NCBI GenBank assembly: GCA_943704425.1 | Contig: CALSCP010002154.1 | Location: 32,127 to 96,126, forward strand | Reading direction: 5' to 3' | Source: Ministeria vibrans ATCC 50519 | Taxonomy: Eukaryota > Protista > Filasterea | Length of the DNA: 64,000 nt | Shown: piece after piece, positions 1-10,976 of the stretch | Position numbering within the stretch: the stretch's first letter is position 1 | How the letters are laid out: the number at the start of each line of letters is the position of its first letter | The notes under the pieces: generated by a model | The model's input: only the letters and a program-made list of their open reading frames with translations | What the model was told of the DNA's origin: nothing | Database searches by the model: none | Made by a program: the position numbers and the translations under genes

Positions 1-335
1 TTCGAAGTTTCATAGAAGTATATACAAAATAAATAATCAAAAATGCATTTAAATAATAGCCGTTTCAACTAAGGACATGGACGTAATTTATTGGACGAGG
101 GTACTGCCCAGAGTCTCGCTGTCCTGAGTATCCTCGTATTCTTATTGTTTTAGCATTGGCCTAATAATAATTAATAAGAGAGAATCGAGAGCTGTACCTG
201 TCGGTGTGTAAACAAATATTTACAAACATGAATCAATATTGAAAGCAAGAGACACAACACCACACGACCACGACTCACACAAGAGGCAAAATCACTAACA
301 CTAGCAATTGGTAGATACACAAAGAGGGATAATAG

Positions 336-956
336 CTAGGGTTGAACACCAAAGTCGGTGGTGGGCAAGGCAAGGACGAGTGAGTCGCGTGTGACAAAGT
401 CCACATCCTCGCATTCGTGTGATGCTGCCTGTGCCGTGTAGTACACACCGTCGCCGTAAGGCGGCTGGTGCCAGGTGCCCATCGAGATGACGACGGATCG
501 CTTGCCCGAGAAGTGGACAAGGCGCAGGTCGCCTGGCTGCAAGTGGGCACACCCGACGGCGGCCGGGGCGAGCAGCAAGGCAAAGCGCTGGCCGCTCAAG
601 GGGTGGAAGAGCTGCTCTGACGTCGGGTGGTTGTTGACCTCGCGCACAAGCGCGTGCGGTGTCACGGAGCGGTCGTCGAGGCGCGATGCGATGGTGTACT
701 CGGGCATCTTGATGCCGTCGTTGCGCGCATGGATCGTCTTCGGCGACGACCACACGGAGAAAGGGCCGTGCGCCACGCCCCCCTCAGTGCTGATCTTCAC
801 GGTCGACGCCCAGTCCTCAAAGCCGCCCGGCACGTCCACGTAGTGCCCGTACGGCGCGAGTTCTTCTTCCGAAGGATCGTGCAACTCTTTCACAACAAAC
901 ACTGGCAGACCCGAGAGCGCCTTGTCCGAGTAGTCGGCGTATCCAGAGGGGGCCAT
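336..956 (-). CDS. Ureidoglycolate lyase (AllA-like cupin), single exon, 206 aa
   Basis: ATG-started ORF with motifs REVNNHPTSEQLFHPL and GTWHQPP resembling ureidoglycolate lyases; N-terminal 'EELAPYG'. Confidence 0.7.
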   Translation of the reverse strand: MAPSGYADYSDKALSGLPVFVVKELHDPSEEELAPYGHYVDVPGGFEDWASTVKISTEGGVAHGPFSVWSSPKTIHARNDGIKMPEYTIASRLDDRSVTPHALVREVNNHPTSEQLFHPLSGQRFALLLAPAAVGCAHLQPGDLRLVHFSGKRSVVISMGTWHQPPYGDGVYYTAQAASHECEDVDFVTRDSLVLALPTTDFGVQP

Positions 957-1106
957 CTGTAGTGTAGAGAGAGAGTGTGTGTGCGAGAGAGAAAGAAAGA
1001 AGTGTCAAGTGTCTCTGAAGTCCGAAGTTTGAACTTTGAACTATCAAAAAGTATTAAGAACACTGATCATCTCTCTCATTGTTTGTTGTCTATCGTACTG
1101 CTTGTC

Positions 1107-1464
1107 ATGCACCGCTCATTTGAACCACTTCATCCGTCGACAAGCCGCCTGTTGTCCTCCCAGAGGGAGGCAGACGCCTACGACCGCCATCGTCGCGCAC
1201 TCGGCAAAGTCAAGCCAGTCGTCGACACCGGAGCGCCGCGCAGCCATCCTCACTTGCGAAGCAAATCAAAGGTGCGCCGTCTCACTGGTTTGTCGCAGAC
1301 CCAAGACGAGAGACGACTGACAACAAATATTATCAACATTCCCAGAAAAAGCAACAGGAGAAAGAACGCTTGACGGAGATTGAGCGCGATAACCGCCTCT
1401 TGTTAGAGAAGATGTCGGGCATCATGGCAGGACAAGGACAGGTTCGCATTAAACTCAAAAGAGT

Positions 1465-1495
<31 letters not shown>

Positions 1496-2008
1496 CGCTT
1501 CGTTGTCAGGGGCAACCGCTTTTTTTGCACGTCTTGTTGACCACGCTTGTGAGCCATAGACGTGTCTTTAGCTGATGCCAAGCATGTCATTGCCAGCCCA
1601 AGTGCATTGTACATGTCCACCCGATGTTTACGACACTGATATTTGTCACGCGCTCTTTTAACGTATCTTTCATCCCAGGTCGATCATGTCAATCGCTATG
1701 AGGAATGCACGCAGCGATCCCTGAATCGAGGCAAGCGCAAGCGTGAGCTGGAGCGAATTACACGTGAAAACGAGCGAATGCTGCGGGCGTTGCAGGCGCG
1801 TCAGCCGTCTCTCTCGCGCAGAAAATGGGACAAGGAGCACGAGAAGAGCGAGTATCTCAAGAAGCAAATTACGCGGTTCCCATTAGGTCCACCCGTATTG
1901 GGCGACTCGCCCGGTCGACGCGACGGCGAGCGTGCTATGCGCGAGGATGCGTACTCGCCCGACGATGGCAACGAGGAGTACGAGGATGTCGACGAGGAAG
2001 GCGATTGA
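1107..2008 (+). CDS. CFAP97-domain (hemingway/KIAA1430) cilia/flagella protein; exons 1107-1271, 1346-1441, 1679-2008
   Basis: GT-AG splicing joins YDRHRR..KPVVDTGAP, IERDNRLLLEKM and SLNRGKRKRELERITRENERML..P.LSRRKW in frame; these are CFAP97D-family motifs. Confidence 0.8.
1465..1494. repeat. ~30-nt G homopolymer in an intron
   Basis: Directly visible. Confidence 0.9.
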
Positions 2009-2162
2009 TGCGAAAGATGTTGGATTCTCTTGCGGCATCACGGTGTGTATATGTAACGGAGATCGAAGCCTTGTTATTTTTTATTACTGTTGATTCAACC
2101 CCGCACACACACACATAGAGAGAGAGAGAAAAAAAAAGAAAAAGAAAAAAAAAGATCGAGAG

Positions 2163-2700
2163 CTACTGGGCACTGGCGAGTTTGCGGAGGACGTAGTTGA
2201 GGATACCGCCGTGCTGGTAGTAGGCGATCTCAAGGGCCGTATCAAGACGCACCTTGGTCTCAAACTCAACGCCCGAGCTGGCGCGCACCTTGAGCGTCTG
2301 GCCGACTGTGAATGCGTCGGGAATGGCAAAATCAAACGTTTCCTTGCCGGTCAGACCGAGCGAGTCAGCGTCAGCGCCCGGAAGGAACTGAAGCGGAAGA
2401 ATGCCCATGCCGACCAGGTTGGATCGGTGGATGCGCTCATAGTCCACCTGAAGATCAACAAATAAGAAAGTGAGATGGATAGGAATGAGCCGAGAGAGTC
2501 GATTGTACCGCAATGACGGAGCTGATGCCGAGCATCCACGGGCCCTTGGCGGCCCAGTCGCGGCTTGAGCCAGACCCGTACGCCTTGCCCGCCAGGACCA
2601 CCAGCGCACTGCCCTCCGACCGGTACCGCGCAGCGGCGTCGTAAATGTCCATCTAACCATGAGAGGGAGAGTGGGAGAGACGAGGCAGAAAGAAACGAAG

Positions 2701-2787
<87 letters not shown>

Positions 2788-4375
2788 AGAGGAAAAACAA
2801 AGCGTTAAAGAGACAGAGAAGAGAGAGAAAAGAGAGGAAAAACAAAGCGTTAAAGAGACAGAGCAGAGAGAGAAAAGAGAGGGAAAACAAAGCGTTAAAG
2901 AGACAGAGAGAGGGAGCAGAGGGGAGAACAGGAGAAAAACAAAAACAAAAATGGAAAATAGCGTGCATGTGGTAAGGCACCTTGTCTCCAGACGGGACGT
3001 GGACTGTCTTAGGGCCCGGGACACCATCCATGAGCTTGTTGACAAGGCGGATGTTGGCAAAGGTGCCACGCGCCATGACGTCGTCGTTGCCACGACGACT
3101 GCCGTACGAGTTAAAATCGCGCGGTGTCAGCGAGTGCTTGTCGCTCAGGTAGCGCGCAGCAGGGCCTGCAGTGAAGAAGTGCACACACGTATTAGTAGAA
3201 CGTACACTTGAATTCGTATTGTGGGTTATTTCTGTTTACTGTTTCGTGCAATGTTTCCGGCCGGTGAAATGTGGTCGGTGGTGACGGAATCACCCACGTT
3301 GAGCAGTGCATGCGCACCCTTGATCTGACGCAGAGCCGGAACCTACAACAAATACACAATGTGTGACAACTCGTTCCGTTCATAACATGCAATTGATACC
3401 TCCAACTTGACCCAGTCAAAGAAGGGAGGGCGCTGGATGTATGAGGAGGGAGGCCACGCGTAGAGCGTATCAGTCGTGACCGGCAGCGCATTCCACGCCG
3501 CATTGCCGTCTTTGATGCTCTCGTACACCTCTGCGAACAACTGTACCAATACAACCAAGATGATCAGCGTCCATCTCTCTGCTGTCTCGTCATGTGCGTA
3601 CCTTGGGGACCACTGTTTGGTTGATGACTTTGCTCACTTCCTCATTCGTGGGCCAAATATCGCGCAGGAACACATCCTTTCCTTCCTTGTCCTGCCTACA
3701 CTCGCCCAAAACACATCGCGAATAAGTATATATATATTAAAAAACAAAATAAAAGCTACCCAATCGGCTCAGTCTCAAAATCAATGCGAACTGTTCCCGC
3801 AAGCGCATAGGCGACAACCAACGGGGGACTCGCAAGGTAGTTAGCGCGTGTCAGCGAGTGGATGCGCCCTTCAAAGTTACGGTTGCCCGACAGAACACCA
3901 CAGACAACCAAATCGTTCTGTACCCAAAACCAGCATGTTAGTATATTAATTGTATGTATGTATGTATGTGTGTGTGTGTGTGCGTGTGTGTGGCAGTGAC
4001 TAGTGTCAGCTTACGGCCTCAATGGCATCGCCAACTTCCTGGTCGAGGGGTCCGCTGTTGCCAATGCAGGACATGCACCCGTAGCCCACCGTGTGGAAAC
4101 TACGTACGAGAGATGATGCATTAGACACATACATCGTGCAAGATTAGAGTGTTTGTGAAGAACACATACACACGCACAATCCGCTCCCTCACAAACAAAC
4201 AAACAAACAAAAATGTACCCGAGTTTCTCAAGGAACGGAGTGACTCCACTGTCGTTCAGGTAGCGCGTGACAACACCACTTCCCGGCGACAGGCTCGTCT
4301 TGACAAACGATGGCACTGAGAGACCCTTCTCAACAGCCTACAAAAATAAAAACAACAGATGAGCCGACCTCACTC

Positions 4376-4428
<53 letters not shown>

Positions 4429-6251
4429 ACATTTGCAATCACATACACTTAGTGATCGATTGAGTCATATCTTAGTAATGGATTATTATTACCTTCTTGG
4501 CAATGAGACCGGCACCCAGCATGACGGACGGATTGCTGGTGTTGGTGCAGCTGGTGATGGCCGCAATGACCACACTGCCGTGCTTGAGCGTCTCTGAGCC
4601 TCCCTTGTACGCAAACTTGCTCTCGGCCGAGAGAGTCTCGGGTTTCAGCGCAAATCCCTTGAAGCCAACGGGACTGACGAGGCACTACAATATTATTATT
4701 ATTTTAAGAAAGTGTAAGTCTGCTTGTGGAAGAGAAAACACTGCCATGCAATTGAACGTGCCTGGTCAAAGTCCTTCTTCATGTCGGCCACAGGAACACG
4801 GTCGTGCGGGCGCTTGGGACCTACCAAACGAAAAAAAACATCAACTCGCCACACACTTGACAGCCTCGTATTAATTACCGGCAAGACAGGGAACGACCGT
4901 TGCGAGATCCAACTCAACGCACTGCGAGTAGTGGATACGTCCTTCGTCGGTAGCGTCGTTGTAGTCGCGCAGCATCCCCTGGGCCGCCAGGTACGACCGC
5001 ACAAGCCCAATGTGCTCCTGTGCATACAAACACAAACATAGGAAACAAGAAAAAGAGACGCCATGATCAATAAAGACAGGGCACATCGAGTCAAACTGAC
5101 CGAATTGCGGTTGGTCTGGGTGAGGTAGTCAATGGCGACGTTGTCCACAGCAAAGAAGCCCACTGTGGCACCATACTCGGGCGCCATGTTGGCAATGGTC
5201 GCGCGGTCCGCCACCGAGAGCTGAGCCACACCAGGACCTACATCATGTCACACATGAGGATAACAATCATATGGACCCAAAGTACATCATACCGTAGAAC
5301 TCGACAAACTTGCCAACAACACCAACATCACGCAGATGCTTGGTGATGGTGAGCACGACATCGGTGCTGGTGGCCAGGGACGACATGGTCCCCGTGAGAC
5401 GGTAGCCGACGACACGCGGGAGCAGCATGCTAATGGCCTGGCCGAGCATGACCGCCTCCGCCTCAATGCCACCCACGCCCCACCCGACGACACCCAATCC
5501 GTTGATCATCGTCGTGTGCGAGTCGGTGCCCACCAATGAGTCGGGGTACACAAGACCGTCGCGGTCAAACACCACGCGCGCAAGGTACTCCAGGTTCACC
5601 TAAGAAAAATAACCCCCCATAATCCCATGAGATTAGATCAAACCACAAACATACGTCGAGCACGCCAATACACAATATTAGTTCTCTCTGAGGGGTGTCT
5701 CTATCTCACCTGGTGGACAATGCCCGAGCCCGGCGGCACCACCTTCATGTTGTCAAAGGCGTGTGCGCCGTACTTGAGAAACTGGAAGCGCTCAAAGTTA
5801 CGCTCAAACTCCAGCTTGCTGTTCTTCTCAAGAGCATCCGGAGTGCCACTCACATCCACCTGCACCGAGTGATCAATCACCAGGTCAACGGGACACAGCG
5901 GGTTGATCTTCTTGGGATCGCCACCAAGGCGGTCCATCGCCGTGCGCATTGCTGCAAAGTCAACAACCGCAGGCACTCCAGTGAAGTCCTACACACATGA
6001 AACAAGACGTGGTGATTGTGTGAGCACAAAAAAAAAAAAAGAAACATATAAAAAAATGATCTCACCTGGAGAATGACACGGGCCGGCTTGAAGGGAATTT
6101 CGGCGTTGAGCTCACTCGACACTTTCCAGTCCAAAATGCGCTCAACGTCTTCGCGGGTGAACGCGAAGTTGTCGCACGAGCGCAGCGAGCATTCCAGCAG
6201 CACGCGGATGCTGTAGGGCAGCGAGGCAACGCGGGCGTCGTTGAGGGCCGA
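2163..6251 (-). CDS. ACO1: Cytosolic aconitase / IRP1-type aconitate hydratase, main body (multi-exon); 5' exons lie at 15384-15693
   Basis: [113 protein letters not shown]. Confidence 0.95.
2704..2915. repeat. (GA)n microsatellite followed by imperfect AAACAAAGCGTTAAAGAGACAGAG repeats in an aconitase intron
   Basis: Directly visible. Confidence 0.85.
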
Positions 6252-6278
6252 CTGAGTGAATGTGAGACAAACAAGATA

Positions 6279-6335
6279 CGAACAAAAAGCACAGTGGCGT
6301 ATCTTTCACGTGATGGGATGTCCGAAACTCATTTT
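6279..6335 (+). repeat. Left arm of 57-nt inverted repeat (partner 15473-15529), abutting a scaffold gap
   Basis: CGAACAAAAAGCACAGTGGCGTATCTTTCACGTGATGGGATGTCCGAAACTCATTTT is the reverse complement of 15473-15529 with one mismatch. Confidence 0.95.
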
Positions 6336-6361
6336 NNNNNNNNNNTTTTTTTTTTTTACAG

Positions 6362-6913
6362 TGCACTCGGTATTTGGAGAATTTGCAAGTGGGAGATCGG
6401 CTGACAGTGTGCCTGAAGCCATCGGTGATGACCTTGCCCGAGGACGACAGTGCGCCTATCATTATGGCGGGCCTGGGCACTGGACTTGCCCCGTTTATGG
6501 CGTTCATTCAGGAGCGCAGTGAGCGTGCGGCGCAAGGGATTGCGGTGGGTCCGATGACGCTGTACTTTGGGGCACGGTACCGGGCAGCGGAGTATCTGTA
6601 CGGGGCAGAGCTGGAGGCGCAGGCGGCGACGGGTGACGAAGCACTGGCATTGCGTTTGGCCTTCTCGCGTGACACCTCACGCAAGGTGTACATCCAGCAC
6701 CTGATGAAGGAGGACGCTGTGCAGCTTAAGGAGGCGCTGCTCGACAGCCCCAACGGCGCCTTCTACCTGTGTGGGCCCACCTACCCCGCCGGCGACGTTC
6801 ACGACGCCATTGTGGGGGCCTTTGTCGCGCACGGTGGACTCTCGACTACCGACGCCGAGAAGAAGATCCACCAGCTGAAGGAGGACGAGCGCTATGTGCT
6901 TGAGGTCTACTAA
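6362..6913 (+). CDS. MET10: Last exon only of sulfite reductase alpha (NADPH flavoprotein, Met10-like); upstream exons absent from window
   Basis: Poly-T+ACAG acceptor, then CTRYL..VCLKPSVMTLP..PIIMAGLGTGLAPF..LYFGAR..AFSRD..KVYIQH..FYLCGP..RYVLEVY. Confidence 0.85.
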   Translation, partial: CTRYLENLQVGDRLTVCLKPSVMTLPEDDSAPIIMAGLGTGLAPFMAFIQERSERAAQGIAVGPMTLYFGARYRAAEYLYGAELEAQAATGDEALALRLAFSRDTSRKVYIQHLMKEDAVQLKEALLDSPNGAFYLCGPTYPAGDVHDAIVGAFVAHGGLSTTDAEKKIHQLKEDERYVLEVY

Positions 6914-7052
6914 GCTCAAAAAGAAAACATGAAGAAGAACAATGCAAAACTATTTTTTTTAATTTTTTTTACTGAAATGAAAAAGCATGCAGAACAACGC
7001 AACGCTCGTACAAGATTACTTCAATAATAAGACTCGAGTCATATATTTTATT

Positions 7053-8817
7053 TTAGTACTTGTAGTTTGCCTCAAAGAGACTCTGGGCGGCCTCGGCATC
7101 GCCTGAGCCTCCGGCGTACTTGCCCTGCTGGGCCTCGCCGTTGGCCTTGGCGCGCACCATGAGCGCTGCCTGCGCGGCGGGCACGTGAGCGGCGTCTCCC
7201 TTCCACGTCTTCAGGACGGTTGCCTGCAACGCACGTCCAAACGAGAAGGTCAGCGACCAGGGCTTCTTAGCATTGATGGAGTTCATGGCGTTGAGGTGGA
7301 GCGTCGCACTCTCCTCTGACTGGCCACCCGACAGGAAGGTGACGCCGGGCACGGCCACGGGCACGGTGCGCTGGAGCACAGTGAGCGTCGCCAGGCCAAT
7401 GTCGGCCGGCGTGTACTTGGTGGGGCACTCGGCGCCCGGACACACCATGTTGGGCTTGAGCAGTGAACCCTCGAGGAACACGTGGTGGTCCGCAAGCGCC
7501 TTGTACGTCGCCGCAAGCACACGCTCCGTCACCGCCACCGCCACACTCAGGTCGTGTGCGCCGTCCATCAGAATCTCAGGCTCGACAATGGGCACAAGTC
7601 CGTTCTCTTGGCACAGCGTCGCGTAGCGTGCCAGCACCTTGGCATTCTCTTCAATCGCCAACTGTGAAGGTTTTCCCGTGGCCACGTCGATCTTCAAAGC
7701 GCAGCGCCACTAAAACAGAACGGGAAAAGAGTCAAAAAAAAGAAACGTGGTAGAAAGTGTTGCGTTTTGTCGATTACCTTGGCGAAGCGAGCGCCGTCGG
7801 CGTAGTACTTGGCGCATCGCTCGCCAAGACCGTCAAGACCCGCAGTGGTGGTCTCCTCGTCTGTGCCGGGAATGTTCTTAAGTCCCTATACAAACAAAGA
7901 AAAGATGATGTGTGAGTGAGACGATTGCTACATGTAAGAGAGGGTAAAGGTTGAAGAATAAGACAAAGGGAGTGTGTGTGGGGAGGAATGCACAGATATG
8001 CAAAAACAGTGATGGTGTGGAAAAAAAAGATGCATTGCAGAAAGAGCGCGAGCGAGCGAGTGAGCGAGTGAATGAGTGTGTGTGTAGTTCAACATTTTTG
8101 CATCGTACTTTGTCGACTTTGATGCCGGGAATGATGCCCTTGGCCTTGAGCACCTCGGGAAACGACACACCATCGTCGGTCTTTTGGTAGAGGGTCTCCT
8201 CGAAGAGAATCACGCCCGAAATGTAGTCACCCAGGTCTGAGGGACGCACAACGTGTGAGTAAGTGGGAAGTGCGAGACAAACTTGCGCGGATGAGATGCC
8301 CAAAGCGGCGGAATGAGCGCGCAGCGGCGCACACAGAGACACGGGAGCAGTGCAAACACGCCCATGTGGTGCAGGGAGGGACAGACAAAGCCAAGGGAGC
8401 AGGAGAGAGCAGAGATGCGCACCAGTGCGTGTCATGGCAACGTTTGTGCGTGACACGGCAAAATCGGCACGGTGCAGGCCATTTAGCACTCATCAATGTT
8501 GAATATGCACTCTATGTACATGGCCCACGGCGCTCAATCGCAGAAAAAGCGCCTTTTTTTTTTTTTTTTTTTTTTTCGGGATCAGACAAAAAAAAAAAAA
8601 AAGAAGAAGAAGAAAGCAAAAGTTTACTTTCAGTGGTGAAAAGAAGTTGCCTGTACGCGCGGCGGTTTTCTTCGTTGTTTTCAACGCTGATCGGAGCAAA
8701 GCGCTTGCCGATGGTGCCGGTGCTCTCGTCGGCGGCCAGGATGCCCTTGCCGGTCGCGGCAATGGCGTTGGCCGTCGCGGCAAGTTCGGCGCGTCGTTCG
8801 CTGCTCAAGTGGGACAT
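7053..8817 (-). CDS. Class I fructose-bisphosphate aldolase, 4 exons
   Basis: [58 protein letters not shown]-terminal Tyr. Confidence 0.95.
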
Positions 8818-9061
8818 GGTGGTCGAGTGGAGGTTTGAGGAAGAAGTGGGAGTGGGGTGATAATCAATCTGATCAGTGATCTTACTTCTTAGTGAAAGTG
8901 ATTAATGATTTATTTCATTTGACTTTGTGATTTTTGAGTGATCATTGTTTATTTATGGCACCACGATTGAGTCTGTCGGCTCACTCTGCACTCCACTCTC
9001 TGAGTCTCTCTCCTTTAACACATTTTTTTCTTTTCTTCTCACTTTGCCTCAAGTCAAAGCG

Positions 9062-9807
9062 ATGGCGCCAAAGGACGACTACGACTACGTGCCGTGGGCG
9101 CTGCCCCCGCCCGTCTACGCGCTCTTCATCTTCATGCTGGGCACGCCGCTCGTCGTCGCCAGCGAGCTGCTTGACTTCGAGGGGCGTCTTGCGGCGCTGC
9201 TGCCCTCCGATGCACACAAGATGAGCCTGCTGTGCCTGGGGGTGTTTGGTGTGCTCGTGGCGACGCGTGTGCTCACCGGCATTGTCCTTGCTGCGCGCTG
9301 CTCCGAGCAGGTGCCCTATCCCTTCCTCTATGCCTCCAAGCACGACAAGATCGGAAAGGACGTCGACCGGTATGGACGAGGGGGAGTGATTATGAGCTCT
9401 GGGTGTGTTTGGGTTGCGTTGATTGGTGGTGTGTGTGTTCTTGTTTGTGTTTGTGTGTTTGTGTGTTTGTGTGTGTGTGTGCTACTAATTACTCTTTCAC
9501 CCTTTGTAGGTTCAACCGAGCCCAGCGAGCCCACCAGAACACTCTCGAGTCCCTTGCCGAGGTCTTTGTGGCGGCCGTGCTGGTTGCGACGGTCGTTGAT
9601 CGTCCTCGGTACGCCGGTGCGGCCCTCCTGGCCATGTCGCTCCTTCGCGTGCTCTATGCGTACGCCTATGTCAGGTCCACCAAGGCCCGCAACCCGTGGT
9701 TCTTCCCGTTCGCCGCAATCTGGTTCAGCTTGGGAGTGTATCTCTTCCTCTTTGCCCTGCGCAACCTGACGCCGGTCAAGGGCGTCGCTGGCTTCGTCTT
9801 TCCCTGA
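9062..9807 (+). CDS. MAPEG family membrane protein (microsomal GST3-like); exons 9062-9369, 9510-9807
   Basis: VPYPFLYA..RFNRAQRAHQNTLE..RVLYAYAY..R motif and hydrophobic helices. Confidence 0.8.
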
Positions 9808-10025
9808 TTGATCTTCCAAATACACTCCTTCCTTCATTTCTCTAAATTCTAATACGTAACAGTATGTTATGTCTCTATTCAGTTTAATATTATTATTTAT
9901 ACAGTATTCTCTAAATATCTATTCTTTGCTGAATGGCAAACGACAAATCTGTCTGAAATCATTTTTTTTTACATTTATTTACTCTTAAACTGATTAACAT
10001 TAAAATAATTCATCTTTTCATACAT

Positions 10026-10857
10026 ATGCTCAGAATTCTACACACTGTCCAATCGCGCTGTGCACGCCACACCGCCGTGCGTTTGCTCCCCACAGCGTCG
10101 TTTGCGACGGCCCCCTCCAAAGTAAGTACCGCAACGAACCGCCAATCGCTCCGTCGCACTCACGCGCCCCGCTCCCTCAGCGATGGCGCCTCGTAGACAA
10201 CCTCTTTAACCACTACCGCGAAGCACACGCCCAAGAGGTTGGGCCGGACCGTGCTTGCGCTGAATTCGTCTGTATGCAAGAAGGTACGTGAGTGCGGATG
10301 ACTTGAACTTGAACTTTCCTTCCATAGTGATCAATTCTTATTGCTTGTCGTTGTCGTCTCTGTAGGCAGCTGTGTCACCGCCACCGGCACTTCCATTTTC
10401 ACCCTTGCCAACATCCCCTCTCTTCCCTTCCACTTGTCGTCCATCTCCCTGGACAATTCAGGAGTCAACGCAAATGGTTTGCGTTATGTTCAGCCGTGCA
10501 CTCATGTCAACTCTCTCTCCTTACACAACTGCTACCTCATTGGCGACTCGGCCATTCACCAACTCGCCAGCAGTCTCCCCGCCTTGCGCTCGCTCAACCT
10601 GAGCGACTGCCACAGTGTGACTGTCGATGGGCTCACACACCTCCAGCACCACAGCTCACTTGACCGTCTCGACATCTCAAACACAGCCAGTAATACGCAA
10701 TGAGAAGAGAGCCAAGGGAAAACGTCAACTAAAATGATGATGATGATGATGATGATGTGTGTGTGTGTGTGTAGCCTCGGAAGAAGACCTTTGCAAGCTG
10801 AAAAAGATCTTGCCCAATGTCTCCATTAAGCATCACTGCGCCTCAAGTGTAAAATAA
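10026..10857 (+). CDS. DMAC2L: Mitochondrial ATP synthase subunit s / coupling factor B-like LRR protein, 4 exons
   Basis: Arg-rich presequence-like start, then DNLFN..EVGPDRACAEFV (cf. DVGPDRAASEWL in factor B), LRR-like repeats, C-terminal LKKILPNVSI; all introns GT-AG and in frame. Confidence 0.65.
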
Positions 10858-10976
10858 ACAATAATAATAATAATAATAATAATAATAATTATAATTATTA
10901 TATTTTTGTTCTTTTAATTCGATTTTTCCACTCGATGCCACTCCTAAAGCCTCTCTCTCTTTCTCTCTCTATCTCT

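Noticed and set aside
6306-6313. TCACGTGA (Cbf1/E-box) in both inverted-repeat arms as a shared sulfur-regulon promoter element
   Set aside because: The arms lie next to internal exons of the sulfite reductase genes, not their starts, and the adjacency spans a gap and a possible misjoin.
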